Shown here: piece after piece, positions 1-9,142 of the stretch
Position numbering within the stretch: the first letter of the stretch is position 1
Layout: every line of letters begins with the position of its first letter
DNA from: an uncultured Acidimicrobiia bacterium
Lineage (GTDB): Bacteria > Acidobacteriota > Terriglobia > Versatilivoradales > Versatilivoraceae
Direction: 5' to 3'
DNA length: 64,000 nt
NCBI GenBank assembly: GCA_963786955.1
Contig: CAWBAT010000008.1
Coordinates: 1-64,000, forward strand
The notes under the pieces: generated by a model
What the model saw: only the letters and a program-made list of their open reading frames with translations
Databases searched by the model: none
Told to the model about the DNA's origin: nothing
Program-made: the position numbers and the translations under genes

Positions 1-264
1 GTGCCGCCAAGACCATCCTCTGGAATGGACCTTTGGGGATTTTTGAAGTTGAGCCATTTGCCCAAGGGACGATGGCCATCGCCCAGGCCGTGGCTGAAAG
101 TCATGCGACAACAATTGTTGGCGGCGGGGATTCGATTGCGGCCATTCACAAGGCCGGTGTGGAAGGGAAAATCAGCCATATCTCCACGGGAGGGGGTGTC
201 TTCACTCGAGTTTCTTGGCGGATTGAAACTGCCGGGTGTCGAAGCCCTCTCCGACAAGTCATGA
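1..264 (+). CDS. pgk: phosphoglycerate kinase, 3' partial, one apparent +1 frameshift near 197
   Basis: Frame 3 reads [13 protein letters not shown]...TIVGGGDS...SHISTGGG, then frame 1 continues [16 protein letters not shown]; these are canonical PGK C-terminal motifs; lies upstream of tpiA. Confidence 0.93.
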   Translation: MPPRPSSGMDLWGFLKLSHLPKGRWPSPRPWLKVMRQQLLAAGIRLRPFTRPVWKGKSAISPREGVSSLEFLGGLKLPGVEALSDKS

Positions 265-367
265 CAGGACTGCATAAGGGTCTATCCACGCGCTGTCGGC
301 ATGAAACGCTCTCATTGCTTCATCCCCGAGCCGGTAGAATTTTTTTCACACCTTCCCTTGGGAGAGG

Positions 368-468
368 AAAGCAGTGAAGAAATCGGCTGTAGCAGCGGTC
401 TGCGACTTTTTGTTTCAACGGCTTGGTCGGCGCTCATAGAGCGCCGCTACAGATTCTTTCACACCTTC
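368..468. mobile_element. MITE family A copy (GAAGGTGTGAAA-type ends) carrying a GTAG-REP pair
   Basis: Degenerate left end aaagcagtgaagaaat, right end tctttcacaccttc, AGG on both flanks (365-367, 469-471); core matches 19294-19403 and 34158-34267. Confidence 0.7.
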
Positions 469-521
469 AGGCGAGCAGAGATGAAAATCTGTTGGATAAG
501 GAAAGGATTGAGAATGCTCCA

Positions 522-652
522 TAGTACCGCTAATCGTAATTAAGGTGACGTATCTTAGGATAGATGCCGCGTGGGGTCACGCGGCCTACAAAGTTGTAGG
601 CCGGGTCACCGACCCGGCGTTAACGTCACCGTATTTATGAAAAGCAGTACTT
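522..652. repeat. TA-flanked miniature element with imperfect terminal IRs and an internal GTAG-REP pair
   Basis: Left end tagtaccgctaatcgtaattaaggtgacg matches the reverse complement of the right end (agtactgcttttcataaatacggtgacg); the right part recurs near-identically at about 57369-57432. Confidence 0.7.
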
Positions 653-686
653 AGTAACAGGCAGGTAAGAAGGGGAAAAACCAATT

Positions 687-1446
687 ATGCGACGTCCGAT
701 TATTGCTGGTAACTGGAAGATGTATAAGACTACAGGCGAAACAGTGAGGTTCATGACTCACCTGAAATCGTTGGTAGCGAATTCAATTCATTGTGATGTA
801 GTCGTTGCTCCTCCGTTCACTGTTTTGGAGGAAGCCATCAAGGCCTCAAAAGGCAGCAATATTTCCATATCCGCGCAGAACCTTTACTGGGAGAAAGAAG
901 GAGCCTACACGGGCAAGATCTCAGCCCCCATGTTGGCCGATCTTGGATGTCGGTATTGCATTATTGGGCATTCCGAAAGGCGGCAGTACTTTGGGGAGAC
1001 CAATCAAACTGTCAATCGAAAGATTCGTGCAGCGCTGGAGGCCGATTTGACCCCCATTGTTTGCCTCGGTGAAATCCTGGCTGAAAGGGAATCCAATGAG
1101 ACCTTATTTGTCATCCAAACCCAATTTCAAGAAGGGTTTGCCGACTTGACACCCCAAGATTTTTCCCGTATAGTCATTGCCTACGAACCGGTCTGGGCAA
1201 TCGGGACAGGTCGGACGGCAACCCCTGAGATGGCGGTCGAAGTCCATCAATTGATACGCCGTTTTGCCCATGAGCTTTTTGGTCAGGATAGTGCCCGACA
1301 GTTGCGTATTCTATATGGTGGGAGTGTAAACCCGAAAATATCCGGGGCCTGATGGAAAAGGAAGATATCGATGGAGCTCTGGTTGGGGGGCAAGTTTGAA
1401 GCCCGATTCCTTTGCAGCAATCGTCAATTATCTTCCGAGTCAGTGA
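687..1446 (+). CDS. tpiA: triosephosphate isomerase (two apparent homopolymer frameshifts near 1330 and 1390)
   Basis: AGNWKM, IIGHSERR, AYEPVWAIGTG and LYGGSV motifs; the shifted frames supply PENIRGLMEKEDIDGALVGG and ASLKPDSFAAIV up to TGA 1444-1446. Confidence 0.95.
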
Positions 1447-1463
1447 ACATGTGATGCAACAAT

Positions 1464-1587
1464 TAATGCAGACGCATTAATTGTTGTTTTCCCGCAAGAA
1501 TACACCTCGCGTGAGTCCCCCCTTGACAAGGGGGACTTGAGGGGGGTCCGAGCAGGATTTGTAACAATATTTATTGCGTTTGTATTA
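1464..1587. repeat. TA-flanked miniature element with internal CCCCTT..AAGGGG hairpin
   Basis: Left end taatgcagacgcattaattgttgtt vs reverse complement of right end taatacaaacgcaataaatattgtt; internal cccccttgacaaggggg hairpin family also occurs at about 31640, 39415 and 39610. Confidence 0.65.
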
Positions 1588-1610
1588 GCTAATTTTCCCG
1601 AAGAGGCTAC

Positions 1611-1988
1611 ATGTCGATATTAATTTCAATTGTTCATATTATCGTTTGCCTGATCCTGATCCTGGTTGTGCTGCTTCAGTCCGGAAAAGGTGCCGATTTG
1701 GCCGGTGCCTTTGGTGGAGGAGGATCACAGACTGCATTTGGAGCTCGTGGCACCGCCACGTTTCTTACGAAGCTAACAACGGGCGCTGCGATTGTGTTTA
1801 TGATAACTTCCTTATCTCTTTCCTTGATTAACTCAAAAGGCAAGGGCAGTTCACTCATGCAAAGTGCGACTCCTCCGGCAAAGCAATCTTCGCCAGTTTC
1901 GGAAGGAAAAGCTCCAGTGCCTCCAGTGCAGAACCCAGCGGTAACTGTTGAACAGCCCAAGCAGACTGAACCTAAGCCTAAGCCATAG
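1611..1988 (+). CDS. secG: preprotein translocase subunit SecG
   Basis: VLLQSGKGADLAGAFGGGGSQTAFG motif, two TM helices, tpiA-secG-tRNA-Leu synteny. Confidence 0.96.
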   Translation: MSILISIVHIIVCLILILVVLLQSGKGADLAGAFGGGGSQTAFGARGTATFLTKLTTGAAIVFMITSLSLSLINSKGKGSSLMQSATPPAKQSSPVSEGKAPVPPVQNPAVTVEQPKQTEPKPKP

Positions 1989-2022
1989 ACGGAATACAGA
2001 CCTCGAAACATCTTCAGAATTT

Positions 2023-2107
2023 GCGGAAGTGGTGGAATTGGCAGACACACCATCTTGAGGGGGTGGCGGCGCAAGCCATGCGGGTTCAAGTCCCGCCTTC
2101 CGCACCA
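2023..2107 (+). tRNA. tRNA-Leu (GAG)
   Basis: GCGGAAG/CTTCCGC acceptor stem, anticodon loop TTGAGGG, long variable arm, GGTTCAAGTCC T-arm, encoded CCA. Confidence 0.96.
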
Positions 2108-2576
2108 ACCTTGACCATGGCTTCCTTTTTGCTGAAGCCGGATTATGTCGGTCTGGCTTTGGTATCTAGAAAGGCTTATCTTTCATGCAGGGAATCGGTA
2201 CAAGAAACCCAGAAGACACGCAAATTTGCTCGTGCTTCAGTTTCCCGTGCCTCTGACTCTGTGACTTTTGGGAGGCACTTCCCGGACCACCACGCAAAGT
2301 AAGCCTGCACAATCTCACGATTCAGGTTTCTTCAATCTGGCAAGATCACATCGGCCACTGTCCGCCCTTATCGGTCCTGGTCTTTGGGTTTGACTGTAAC
2401 ATATTGGCCAAATGCCATTGCTGAGACACATTGTTATGAGCTTCTGATAATGGCAAACGCTCAGATCGTGCTACTGGCGTTGTGTCAAATCGCCCCAATT
2501 GAGCGCTATTTTACGCATGCTTATTGTTGCCATGGTTTGATGTGTCAACAATAACTGAAAGAGAAAAACTTAAAAA

Positions 2577-2757
2577 TGGCTGGGACGAATGCAGTGCGGG
2601 ATGAAGCTGAAAGAATTGGCCGATACCGTGGAGGTGAGTCATTACGTCAGCGTCGGGGCTGCTATCAAGCTGCTGGAGAAACGCAGTGCCAGTGACTCTA
2701 GCCTAGCCCGACTAATGACTAAGGCTACGAAATTATTGAATAATGAGATGTGACCCC
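2577..2757 (+). pseudogene. remnant C-terminal HTH tail of a REP-associated (HUH Y1) transposase-like gene
   Basis: Manual translation WLGRMQCGMKLKELADTVEVSHYVSVGAAIKLLEKRSASDSSLARLMTKATKLLNNEM*, stop codon within TGACCCC; resembles HTH tails of RAYT-like proteins; no N-terminus present. Confidence 0.55.
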
Positions 2758-2775
2758 ACTTCTACTTACCCAGTT

Positions 2776-2940
2776 CTACTTAGTCTCATATGGCCTCTTG
2801 CCTGGAGTGAAGGTTTTGAAAATGACCACTCCTTTTTCGTTCTGAAATATTTTCCTCATCTTGTTAGTCGATAAGTTCCAATGTCCGGCCAGCTCCTCAA
2901 CCGTGTAGTGGTGTTCTTCGATAACATCTAGGTTTTCCAC
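2776..2940 (-). CDS. small excisionase-like HTH protein (54 aa, possibly truncated)
   Basis: Manual translation MENLDVIEEHHYTVEELAGHWNLSTNKMRKIFQNEKGVVIFKTFTPGKRPYETK*; YTVxELAxxWxLS pattern of Xis/HTH_17-like proteins; too short for the ORF track. Confidence 0.5.
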   Translation of the reverse strand: MENLDVIEEHHYTVEELAGHWNLSTNKMRKIFQNEKGVVIFKTFTPGKRPYETK

Positions 2941-3147
2941 GTGTAATCAGTTCTCTTCCTTTCATAGCTCGGCTTCTCGCTCGGAGAATGATGAAACATT
3001 TCAATTCAACTGGCTCAACTTCAGCCAGTCATTCTTAGCTACCTGGCTGAGAGGGTTCTAAGCCTTGCCAGTTGCGACGGAGTGGACATCTTACAATCAA
3101 CATGCCGCCACTCCCGGCACTTACAAAATCATTATTCAGGCCCGTCT

Positions 3148-3717
3148 TTACCTTGGCTGCTTCGTAAACCTAGAACCAATCGGCAAGAAATAGTTTTGAC
3201 AACCAGGTTTAGGTCGATAGCCTCTTCGTTTGTAGAAACATATCAACTTCTTCAGATCCCCCTTGGGATTTATTGGGTACACATACACTAGTATTTCTTC
3301 AAACTTATGATCCTCTTTTCTTATGTGCTGTTCGAGTCGAGACAAAACGTAATGTCCAGACCCAGACCACCTATCCTCAGGAAGTCTGACAAGGATTTGA
3401 ATAACATTCTCACTGCGTGAACCATAGGCAATAATTCTCTGGTCTTCCGCATTGAGTGCCACAACAAAGTCTCCAGAGCCATCCTTCAATGCCGAAAACT
3501 GGCCTAGGTCAGCACCCCTCTTAGCTTCACTTTTAAATACAGCAGTAATGCCCAGAAGATCAAAGACTTTGGCTTGGCGGATAATAATCCGAACGCCAGA
3601 CTTGAGATATGCTCTGCCAAAGATTGACTTGCCAATAAGAATTCGCACTAAAAATCTTTGAAAACGGTTTAGCATTCCTACCTCTAGTTTTATTCCATCC
3701 CCTGCCTGTCCTGCCAT
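3148..3717 (-). CDS. hypothetical protein, possibly GNAT-like C-terminal half
   Basis: 189-aa AT-rich ORF; RWSGSGHYVL resembles an acetyl-CoA loop and LICFYKRRGY resembles the GNAT FYxxxGF motif. Confidence 0.45.
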   Translation of the reverse strand: MAGQAGDGIKLEVGMLNRFQRFLVRILIGKSIFGRAYLKSGVRIIIRQAKVFDLLGITAVFKSEAKRGADLGQFSALKDGSGDFVVALNAEDQRIIAYGSRSENVIQILVRLPEDRWSGSGHYVLSRLEQHIRKEDHKFEEILVYVYPINPKGDLKKLICFYKRRGYRPKPGCQNYFLPIGSRFTKQPR

Positions 3718-4080
3718 TCAGAGTAAAACTCTCCCTCTTCACTTTTCCTCGATTTATTCATAATATTACCTGTAGGAGACAACCACACTACACGGTCAAG
3801 CCTGGCTCATTGTGAACTAGACCGGGACAGTTCCTTCAAAACACATGAGAAAGACACTTTTCATTTTTATTGTCGCATCCATGGCCTGCACGAGGGTCTT
3901 ATACCTACCATTCGGGCCATCTGTGTAAACCTCCGCTGTTACTAGAAACTCGTTGCCGAAGGAAAACCTGGGGTCACATCTCATTATTCAAGAAATGAAT
4001 GAACAGTAAGATGGGAGAGAAACCAAGCGGGGTCGGTATTCATCGGTCGCTCCTGACGGAACTGCGATCCTTAACAATCA

Positions 4081-5466
4081 TCAGGTTCTATACACAGATC
4101 GCCGCTCTGCGGCTTTATCCTCGATGAAATCTTCACGGCCTTCCGCACCAACCTTCCCCTTGCATTGTTGAAGTCGGATTTCTTCTGGCTGGCCTTGGAG
4201 TCTAGAGAGACTCAAATTCCAAAGCGGAAGTCGGATAACGAAAACCAGAAGGCTGCAGGCGTGGAATACCGACCGCTTGCAAATCTGTTCCAAGAAGCGG
4301 AACCCCTCACGCGATCGCTGCAGTAAGGACTTCTGGCCTTCCGGAATCTTAATTCCCAGGTATTTGGGGGGAAGGTCTCGAGGGAGTAGCTTCTTCCATA
4401 TTTTTGACCAACCTTCACGGCGAGTTAAGGCAAAGTGCAGCTGGAGAAATAATCCACTCTTACTCTGGCGATAAGAAGAGAGGGCTTCCTTCCGCCCGTA
4501 TTTCTGAATCCAAAAATGGCCGGCCGGGGGAAGGTGGCGAGCGACAAATTCAAGGACAAGCGGTGACACTTCCGGCTCAAAACAATGTCGGGCTAACTGA
4601 AACATTGTTGCGGTCACTTTGAGACTGGTGGGGCAATGCCGCAGTTTTTCGCCAAATACATTCCAGAAAGCGGTGTCATGGACGCTTCGATTGAGAAAAA
4701 ACGCGAGCTCATAGAGGTGGGAAAGGCGCAGGTCGTTTCTCAACAGGTGCCGGAAAGCGTGCATGACCGCGTAAGTCAGAGCATCTTGTCGTGACAGCAC
4801 AGGAATGCGAATGCCACTGATCTCTCGAACAATTGAATTTTGCCAGACCTCCTCCAATGAGTGGATGGATATCCCTTCAAATTCGGCATCCCACAGACGA
4901 AAATGAAGTTCAATGGCCCGCGGAATTTCAGGGTCGTAGAAATTCCCTTTCCACCGCCATCCGCTACACTTAACCAGTGTCGGGAGATGGTCCACGTTGC
5001 GCCCGGAATGGGAGTCCACTGGCTCAAAACCCAGCCCTAGAAAGACCTCATTGGCACACTCTAGATCTTCCGGGTAGATCAGAAAATCATGATCGGACTG
5101 GATATGGTGGATGGGATCATCCACGAAGTCGGGGAACGCCGTCAACCCTTTGAGACAGACGTACCGGATCCTCTTTTCTTGAAGTGATCGATTAAACTCC
5201 AAAAATTCCCTAGAAATCAACAGGTGTCGGTCAGTCTGATCCTGCAGGTTCTTCTTCAGTCGGACTTGGATTCGGGGAGGGGTTGCCTCGAAATCCCCGT
5301 GCAGCCGAAGTCTGGACAAGAAATGAAAGACCATACCGGCGCGGTCCAGTTTCTTGAGATATGTTTCCCATTGGTGTTCTGAGAGTGAAGTAACGAACGA
5401 ATCGTGCAGGCGGCTCGTCCGCGACAAGTGGAGGTAACCCAAGAACGATAAATCAAGCGGAATCAT
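4081..5466 (-). CDS. nucleotidyltransferase family protein (NTP_transf_5-like)
   Basis: CLKG...SDHDFL and IELHFRLW motifs; last gene of the operon. Confidence 0.8.
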   Translation of the reverse strand: MIPLDLSFLGYLHLSRTSRLHDSFVTSLSEHQWETYLKKLDRAGMVFHFLSRLRLHGDFEATPPRIQVRLKKNLQDQTDRHLLISREFLEFNRSLQEKRIRYVCLKGLTAFPDFVDDPIHHIQSDHDFLIYPEDLECANEVFLGLGFEPVDSHSGRNVDHLPTLVKCSGWRWKGNFYDPEIPRAIELHFRLWDAEFEGISIHSLEEVWQNSIVREISGIRIPVLSRQDALTYAVMHAFRHLLRNDLRLSHLYELAFFLNRSVHDTAFWNVFGEKLRHCPTSLKVTATMFQLARHCFEPEVSPLVLEFVARHLPPAGHFWIQKYGRKEALSSYRQSKSGLFLQLHFALTRREGWSKIWKKLLPRDLPPKYLGIKIPEGQKSLLQRSREGFRFLEQICKRSVFHACSLLVFVIRLPLWNLSLSRLQGQPEEIRLQQCKGKVGAEGREDFIEDKAAERRSVYRT

Positions 5467-5467
5467 T

Positions 5468-6655
5468 TTAGACGACCAACGGAGCCGGCACGGTATTTAA
5501 AGCAAAGTTTTGTTGGTGTTCGTGGTATTTTTCAGAAATAACTTCCACGATTCGCTCCCTGAAACGACTTTCATCAAATAGCAGCGACGTGGATCGGATT
5601 TCTGCAGGCCGAAACTGAGATTCACTCTTCTCAAACTGGGCGACGGCTTCACATAAGGATTCCACGGTGCTGTCTCTAAAGCACAGTCCGTTTACTTGAG
5701 GGAGAACGGTTTCTAAAGCACCGCCTCTGCCCAAGGCAATGACCGGCCGGCCACAGGCATGGGCCTCCGGAACAATCATTCCGAAATCTTCTTCCCCTGG
5801 ATGGACCAGGGCGCGACATTGACTGAGAACCGCACGGAACTGCTCGTCTGGGAGCCACCCGAGAAAACGGATGCTATTCCCCGCCAACTTCCGGAGTTTT
5901 CGGGCGTCTACGCCGTCACCAACAATCCAGAGAGGAAGGCCCATTCGGTTGAACGCCCGAACGGCCAAGTCCAACCTCTTGTAGGGGGTCAACTCGCCAG
6001 CGGCCAGGAAATATTCTTGGGAGGATGGTGCGACTTGGAAATCGCCAACTCTTATAGGCGGATAGAGGATCGTCGACTCCCGACGATAGTATTTGTGAAT
6101 TCTCCGGGCCACATTCCCGGAGTTCGCAATGAAATAATCAACTCGGGAAGAAGCACTGTGGTCCCAGATCCTAAGGTAGCTGGCTACGAAGGGAAAAAGT
6201 TTCCTTTTCCAAACACTTTGGGACAAATTCAAATACGTGTGATAAGCGCTCCAAGCATAACGTATCGGAGTATGGCAGTAACAAATGTGACAAGTCTCGG
6301 GTTGTGTCAACACCCCTTTGCACACACTAGCATCAGAACTGATCACCAGGTCATATGCGGAAAGATCGAATTGCTCTATCGCTAACGGAAATAAAGGAAG
6401 ATAGTGGCGATAATGACGAACGGCTCCAGGCAATTTCTGAATCCAGGAGGTCTGAATCCGATGATTTTTGATCGTGTCTGTGATCGCGTCAGGATCGCAG
6501 ACGATTGTGAAAATATCGGCTTTTGGAAATATCTTGCAAAGTGCCTCCAGCACTTTTTCCCCACCCCTCATTTTGACCAGCCAATGGTGGACTAATGCGA
6601 CCCGCAGACTTTCGAGGTTAGATCCTGCTGCGTTTATTTTTGGGAGGCTTATCAT
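5468..6655 (-). CDS. glycosyltransferase family 4 (WbaZ-like)
   Basis: VALVHHWLVKMRGGEKVL, YCHTPIRYAW, EEDFGMIVPEA; start taken at ATG 6655, which overlaps the upstream stop (ATGA). Confidence 0.9.
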   Translation of the reverse strand: MISLPKINAAGSNLESLRVALVHHWLVKMRGGEKVLEALCKIFPKADIFTIVCDPDAITDTIKNHRIQTSWIQKLPGAVRHYRHYLPLFPLAIEQFDLSAYDLVISSDASVCKGVLTQPETCHICYCHTPIRYAWSAYHTYLNLSQSVWKRKLFPFVASYLRIWDHSASSRVDYFIANSGNVARRIHKYYRRESTILYPPIRVGDFQVAPSSQEYFLAAGELTPYKRLDLAVRAFNRMGLPLWIVGDGVDARKLRKLAGNSIRFLGWLPDEQFRAVLSQCRALVHPGEEDFGMIVPEAHACGRPVIALGRGGALETVLPQVNGLCFRDSTVESLCEAVAQFEKSESQFRPAEIRSTSLLFDESRFRERIVEVISEKYHEHQQNFALNTVPAPLVV

Positions 6656-7833
6656 GGTTTGATGGTCTCCGTGAGGATCTGTTCCAGTCGCTGGCCGAAC
6701 ATTTTTGGTGTGATCCATGATTCCATCCGGCTCCGCGCATTTTCACTGAATTGTCGCCGTTTTGGCGATGAGTCCAGCATTTCCAACATTTTCCTAGCAA
6801 GCTGTTCCGGGCTGGCCTCGTCGACGAGAAGAGCATTGAATTCATTTTCTAATAGATCACTTAACCCACCATTCCCGCGTGTAATCACCGGCTTCCCGAG
6901 TGAGAGCGCCTCTATCGTACATAACGGTAATCCTTCTTCTCCTTGAGAACTCAAGACCAGAATGTCGAAGAGAGAATAACAAGTCTCAATATCATCCCTC
7001 CAAGGAACAAAGAGAACCGAAGCTTCTAGACCATAGTCCGCTCTAAAGCGGATGAGCTGCTCGAAATAGTGGAAATCATTAATATCTCCGCGAGCCGGGC
7101 TTCCAAATATCCAAAAATAAGCATCCTTTCGATGTTTTGCCACAAGAGCGGCGGCTTTCAGAAACTGGAGTTGTCCCTTGAACGGAGTGATTCTGCCCAT
7201 CATGCCAAATCCCACTCTATTGGGTTCCAGTTGGGTCAAACCCAGAATCTGCAGAGCCTCTTCTCTTTTCATGGTTTCTCCAACGAATAGACAGGGGTTA
7301 GGCACAATCATTAATTTTGCAGTCAAAGAAGGATTGCCCTTGAGAAGGGGAAGTGCTGTAGCCTCCGAGCAAGCTATAATACGAGTGGTCCACCGCGAGA
7401 AGAACCTTGCCAAGTGACGAGGAATGCCGTTGGGAAGGATACTGTGAAGATGCCAAAGGACTGGCAGACGTGTCACGAGTCCTGCCAGTGTCGTGCAAAA
7501 AAAAGCTCTAGGGCCGTTGGCGTAAAGCACGTCAATCTTTTTTTTCTTAATGTAATAAACCAGGTGAATGACACAAAGAAGGGTTTTTAGGAAGAATTTG
7601 GCCTGATCCCCTATAGATTTTTTTTGCGAGGGATAATCACCGAGGGGAAGGGCTGTGACTTCAAATCCAGACTGCGCCAACTGAGTGCGGAATTCACCTT
7701 GCCCATTGAGTGCTGCGACGCAATTGAACCGCTTGCTGTCCAAAGACCGTATTAACATTGAGAGAACTTTCTGTCCCCCTCCCAGGCCTCCAAATTGGTC
7801 AACAAACAGGACTTGAATTGGCATGGTTGTCAT
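6652..7833 (-). CDS. glycosyltransferase family 4
   Basis: GGGQK, GRITPFKGQ and EGLPLCTIEA (EX7E) motifs. Confidence 0.9.
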   Translation of the reverse strand: MTTMPIQVLFVDQFGGLGGGQKVLSMLIRSLDSKRFNCVAALNGQGEFRTQLAQSGFEVTALPLGDYPSQKKSIGDQAKFFLKTLLCVIHLVYYIKKKKIDVLYANGPRAFFCTTLAGLVTRLPVLWHLHSILPNGIPRHLARFFSRWTTRIIACSEATALPLLKGNPSLTAKLMIVPNPCLFVGETMKREEALQILGLTQLEPNRVGFGMMGRITPFKGQLQFLKAAALVAKHRKDAYFWIFGSPARGDINDFHYFEQLIRFRADYGLEASVLFVPWRDDIETCYSLFDILVLSSQGEEGLPLCTIEALSLGKPVITRGNGGLSDLLENEFNALLVDEASPEQLARKMLEMLDSSPKRRQFSENARSRMESWITPKMFGQRLEQILTETIKP

Positions 7834-9134
7834 TTTTCAATGAGTGGAATCGCCGCGGCTAGCGCAAAGAACAGTATCAAGTTTCTCCAATAGGTGAAAA
7901 TATCTCCGGTCGAAAGTTGGACCAATTCACCGCACCAAAAGGCCAGCATAAACGTTCCTAGAAAACTCCTGAATGGGTTTTGCGCACGTCGAACCTGTTG
8001 GAACGATCTCAGTAATGAGAGGTTCATCCAGAGAAACGTGATTAGCCCTATTACTCCACATTCAAATAAGATACTCAGGTAACCGTTGTCGGCGATGATC
8101 TTTTTTCCAAATAATGGAGTGTAGGGTAAAGTCTTATATCCAATCCCAAACAATAGAAGCCAGGGATGAGTCCAGAAATACTGGATCAATGCGGACCAAT
8201 TTCCCCAGCGGCCGCTGGTTGCAAAGTTGGGATTTCGGGAGAGTTCGCCAATCGCCCCTACTCTGTAACTGACGAAATTTGAGACAATTTCGGGGGATCC
8301 CTTATAAAGAATCAGAATGGGGAGAGAACTCACTAGAGCTGTGAGGATCACATCCTTCATACGGATGCCGGGGTACAGAACCAAGAATATCGCAAGAGTC
8401 ACGAAGACTGCCATCCAGGAACCACGAGAGTACGAAAGAAAGAGAGCAGTGACGAAAACGCCACTCAGAAGAAATAGTGTCATTTGCTGTCGCCTCGTCA
8501 GAAGGCGTCTCATGGAGAACGTCAAGCATGAAGTCAGCGAAAGAAAGAAAGCGCATATATTTCCAAAACTACTGGATTCATAAAATACGCCTTGAGCTCT
8601 GCGCAGAGCCTGTCCCTTCAAGTAAATGAACTGCACAGCAAAATGATGGGAGAGGGGAATAGGCCAATAGAAATCGATAGTCCCGTAAACGGCAACAACC
8701 GCTCCAATCCAGACTAGAAGCTTTACAAATGATTCGAGGCGAGCGTCATCCGAAAAGATCGATGAGCTTCGGATTAGCCAATAAACCAGGAAAGGCTGGC
8801 AGACAAGACCAAACCTGAGAAGAGAACGAGAGGTTAACCCAGGGCCTGAAAACCACCAAGCAAAGGGAAGAGAAAGAGCAAGAGCGCCAAGGAAATAGAA
8901 TCCATTGCGCACGACTCGATCGGAAGTGATGGCGATCAAATTGGACTTCCGTAGAAAGACAAGGCCTCCGGCAATAAAAACAAAATTGCCGGCAAAAAGA
9001 GGGATTCCTCCCAAGGAGGGTGGATAAAATGGGGGAATGAGGAGGCAAGTCGCGATAAGGAAACAGAGCCAGCAATAGAAGATTGGCGAAGATACTGGGA
9101 GATCAATCAATCCTGGTCGCATAGGACGAACCAC
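7830..9134 (-). CDS. O-antigen ligase / Wzy_C family membrane protein
   Basis: Multiple TM segments, RAQGVFYE, SYSRGSW, SGRWGNW, FGIGY and DNGYLSILFECG motifs. Confidence 0.85.
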   Translation of the reverse strand: MVRPMRPGLIDLPVSSPIFYCWLCFLIATCLLIPPFYPPSLGGIPLFAGNFVFIAGGLVFLRKSNLIAITSDRVVRNGFYFLGALALSLPFAWWFSGPGLTSRSLLRFGLVCQPFLVYWLIRSSSIFSDDARLESFVKLLVWIGAVVAVYGTIDFYWPIPLSHHFAVQFIYLKGQALRRAQGVFYESSSFGNICAFFLSLTSCLTFSMRRLLTRRQQMTLFLLSGVFVTALFLSYSRGSWMAVFVTLAIFLVLYPGIRMKDVILTALVSSLPILILYKGSPEIVSNFVSYRVGAIGELSRNPNFATSGRWGNWSALIQYFWTHPWLLLFGIGYKTLPYTPLFGKKIIADNGYLSILFECGVIGLITFLWMNLSLLRSFQQVRRAQNPFRSFLGTFMLAFWCGELVQLSTGDIFTYWRNLILFFALAAAIPLIEK

Positions 9135-9142
9135 ACGTACGA

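Larger units (their letters stand above)
2736..3991. repeat. perfect 23-bp inverted repeat pair (2736-2758 and 3969-3991)
   Basis: ttgaataatgagatgtgacccca and tggggtcacatctcattattcaa are exact reverse complements. Confidence 0.92.

Noticed and set aside
2108-4080. Intact prophage or integrative element at tRNA-Leu
   Set aside because: No integrase, no duplicated tRNA 3' end seen, and no structural genes.
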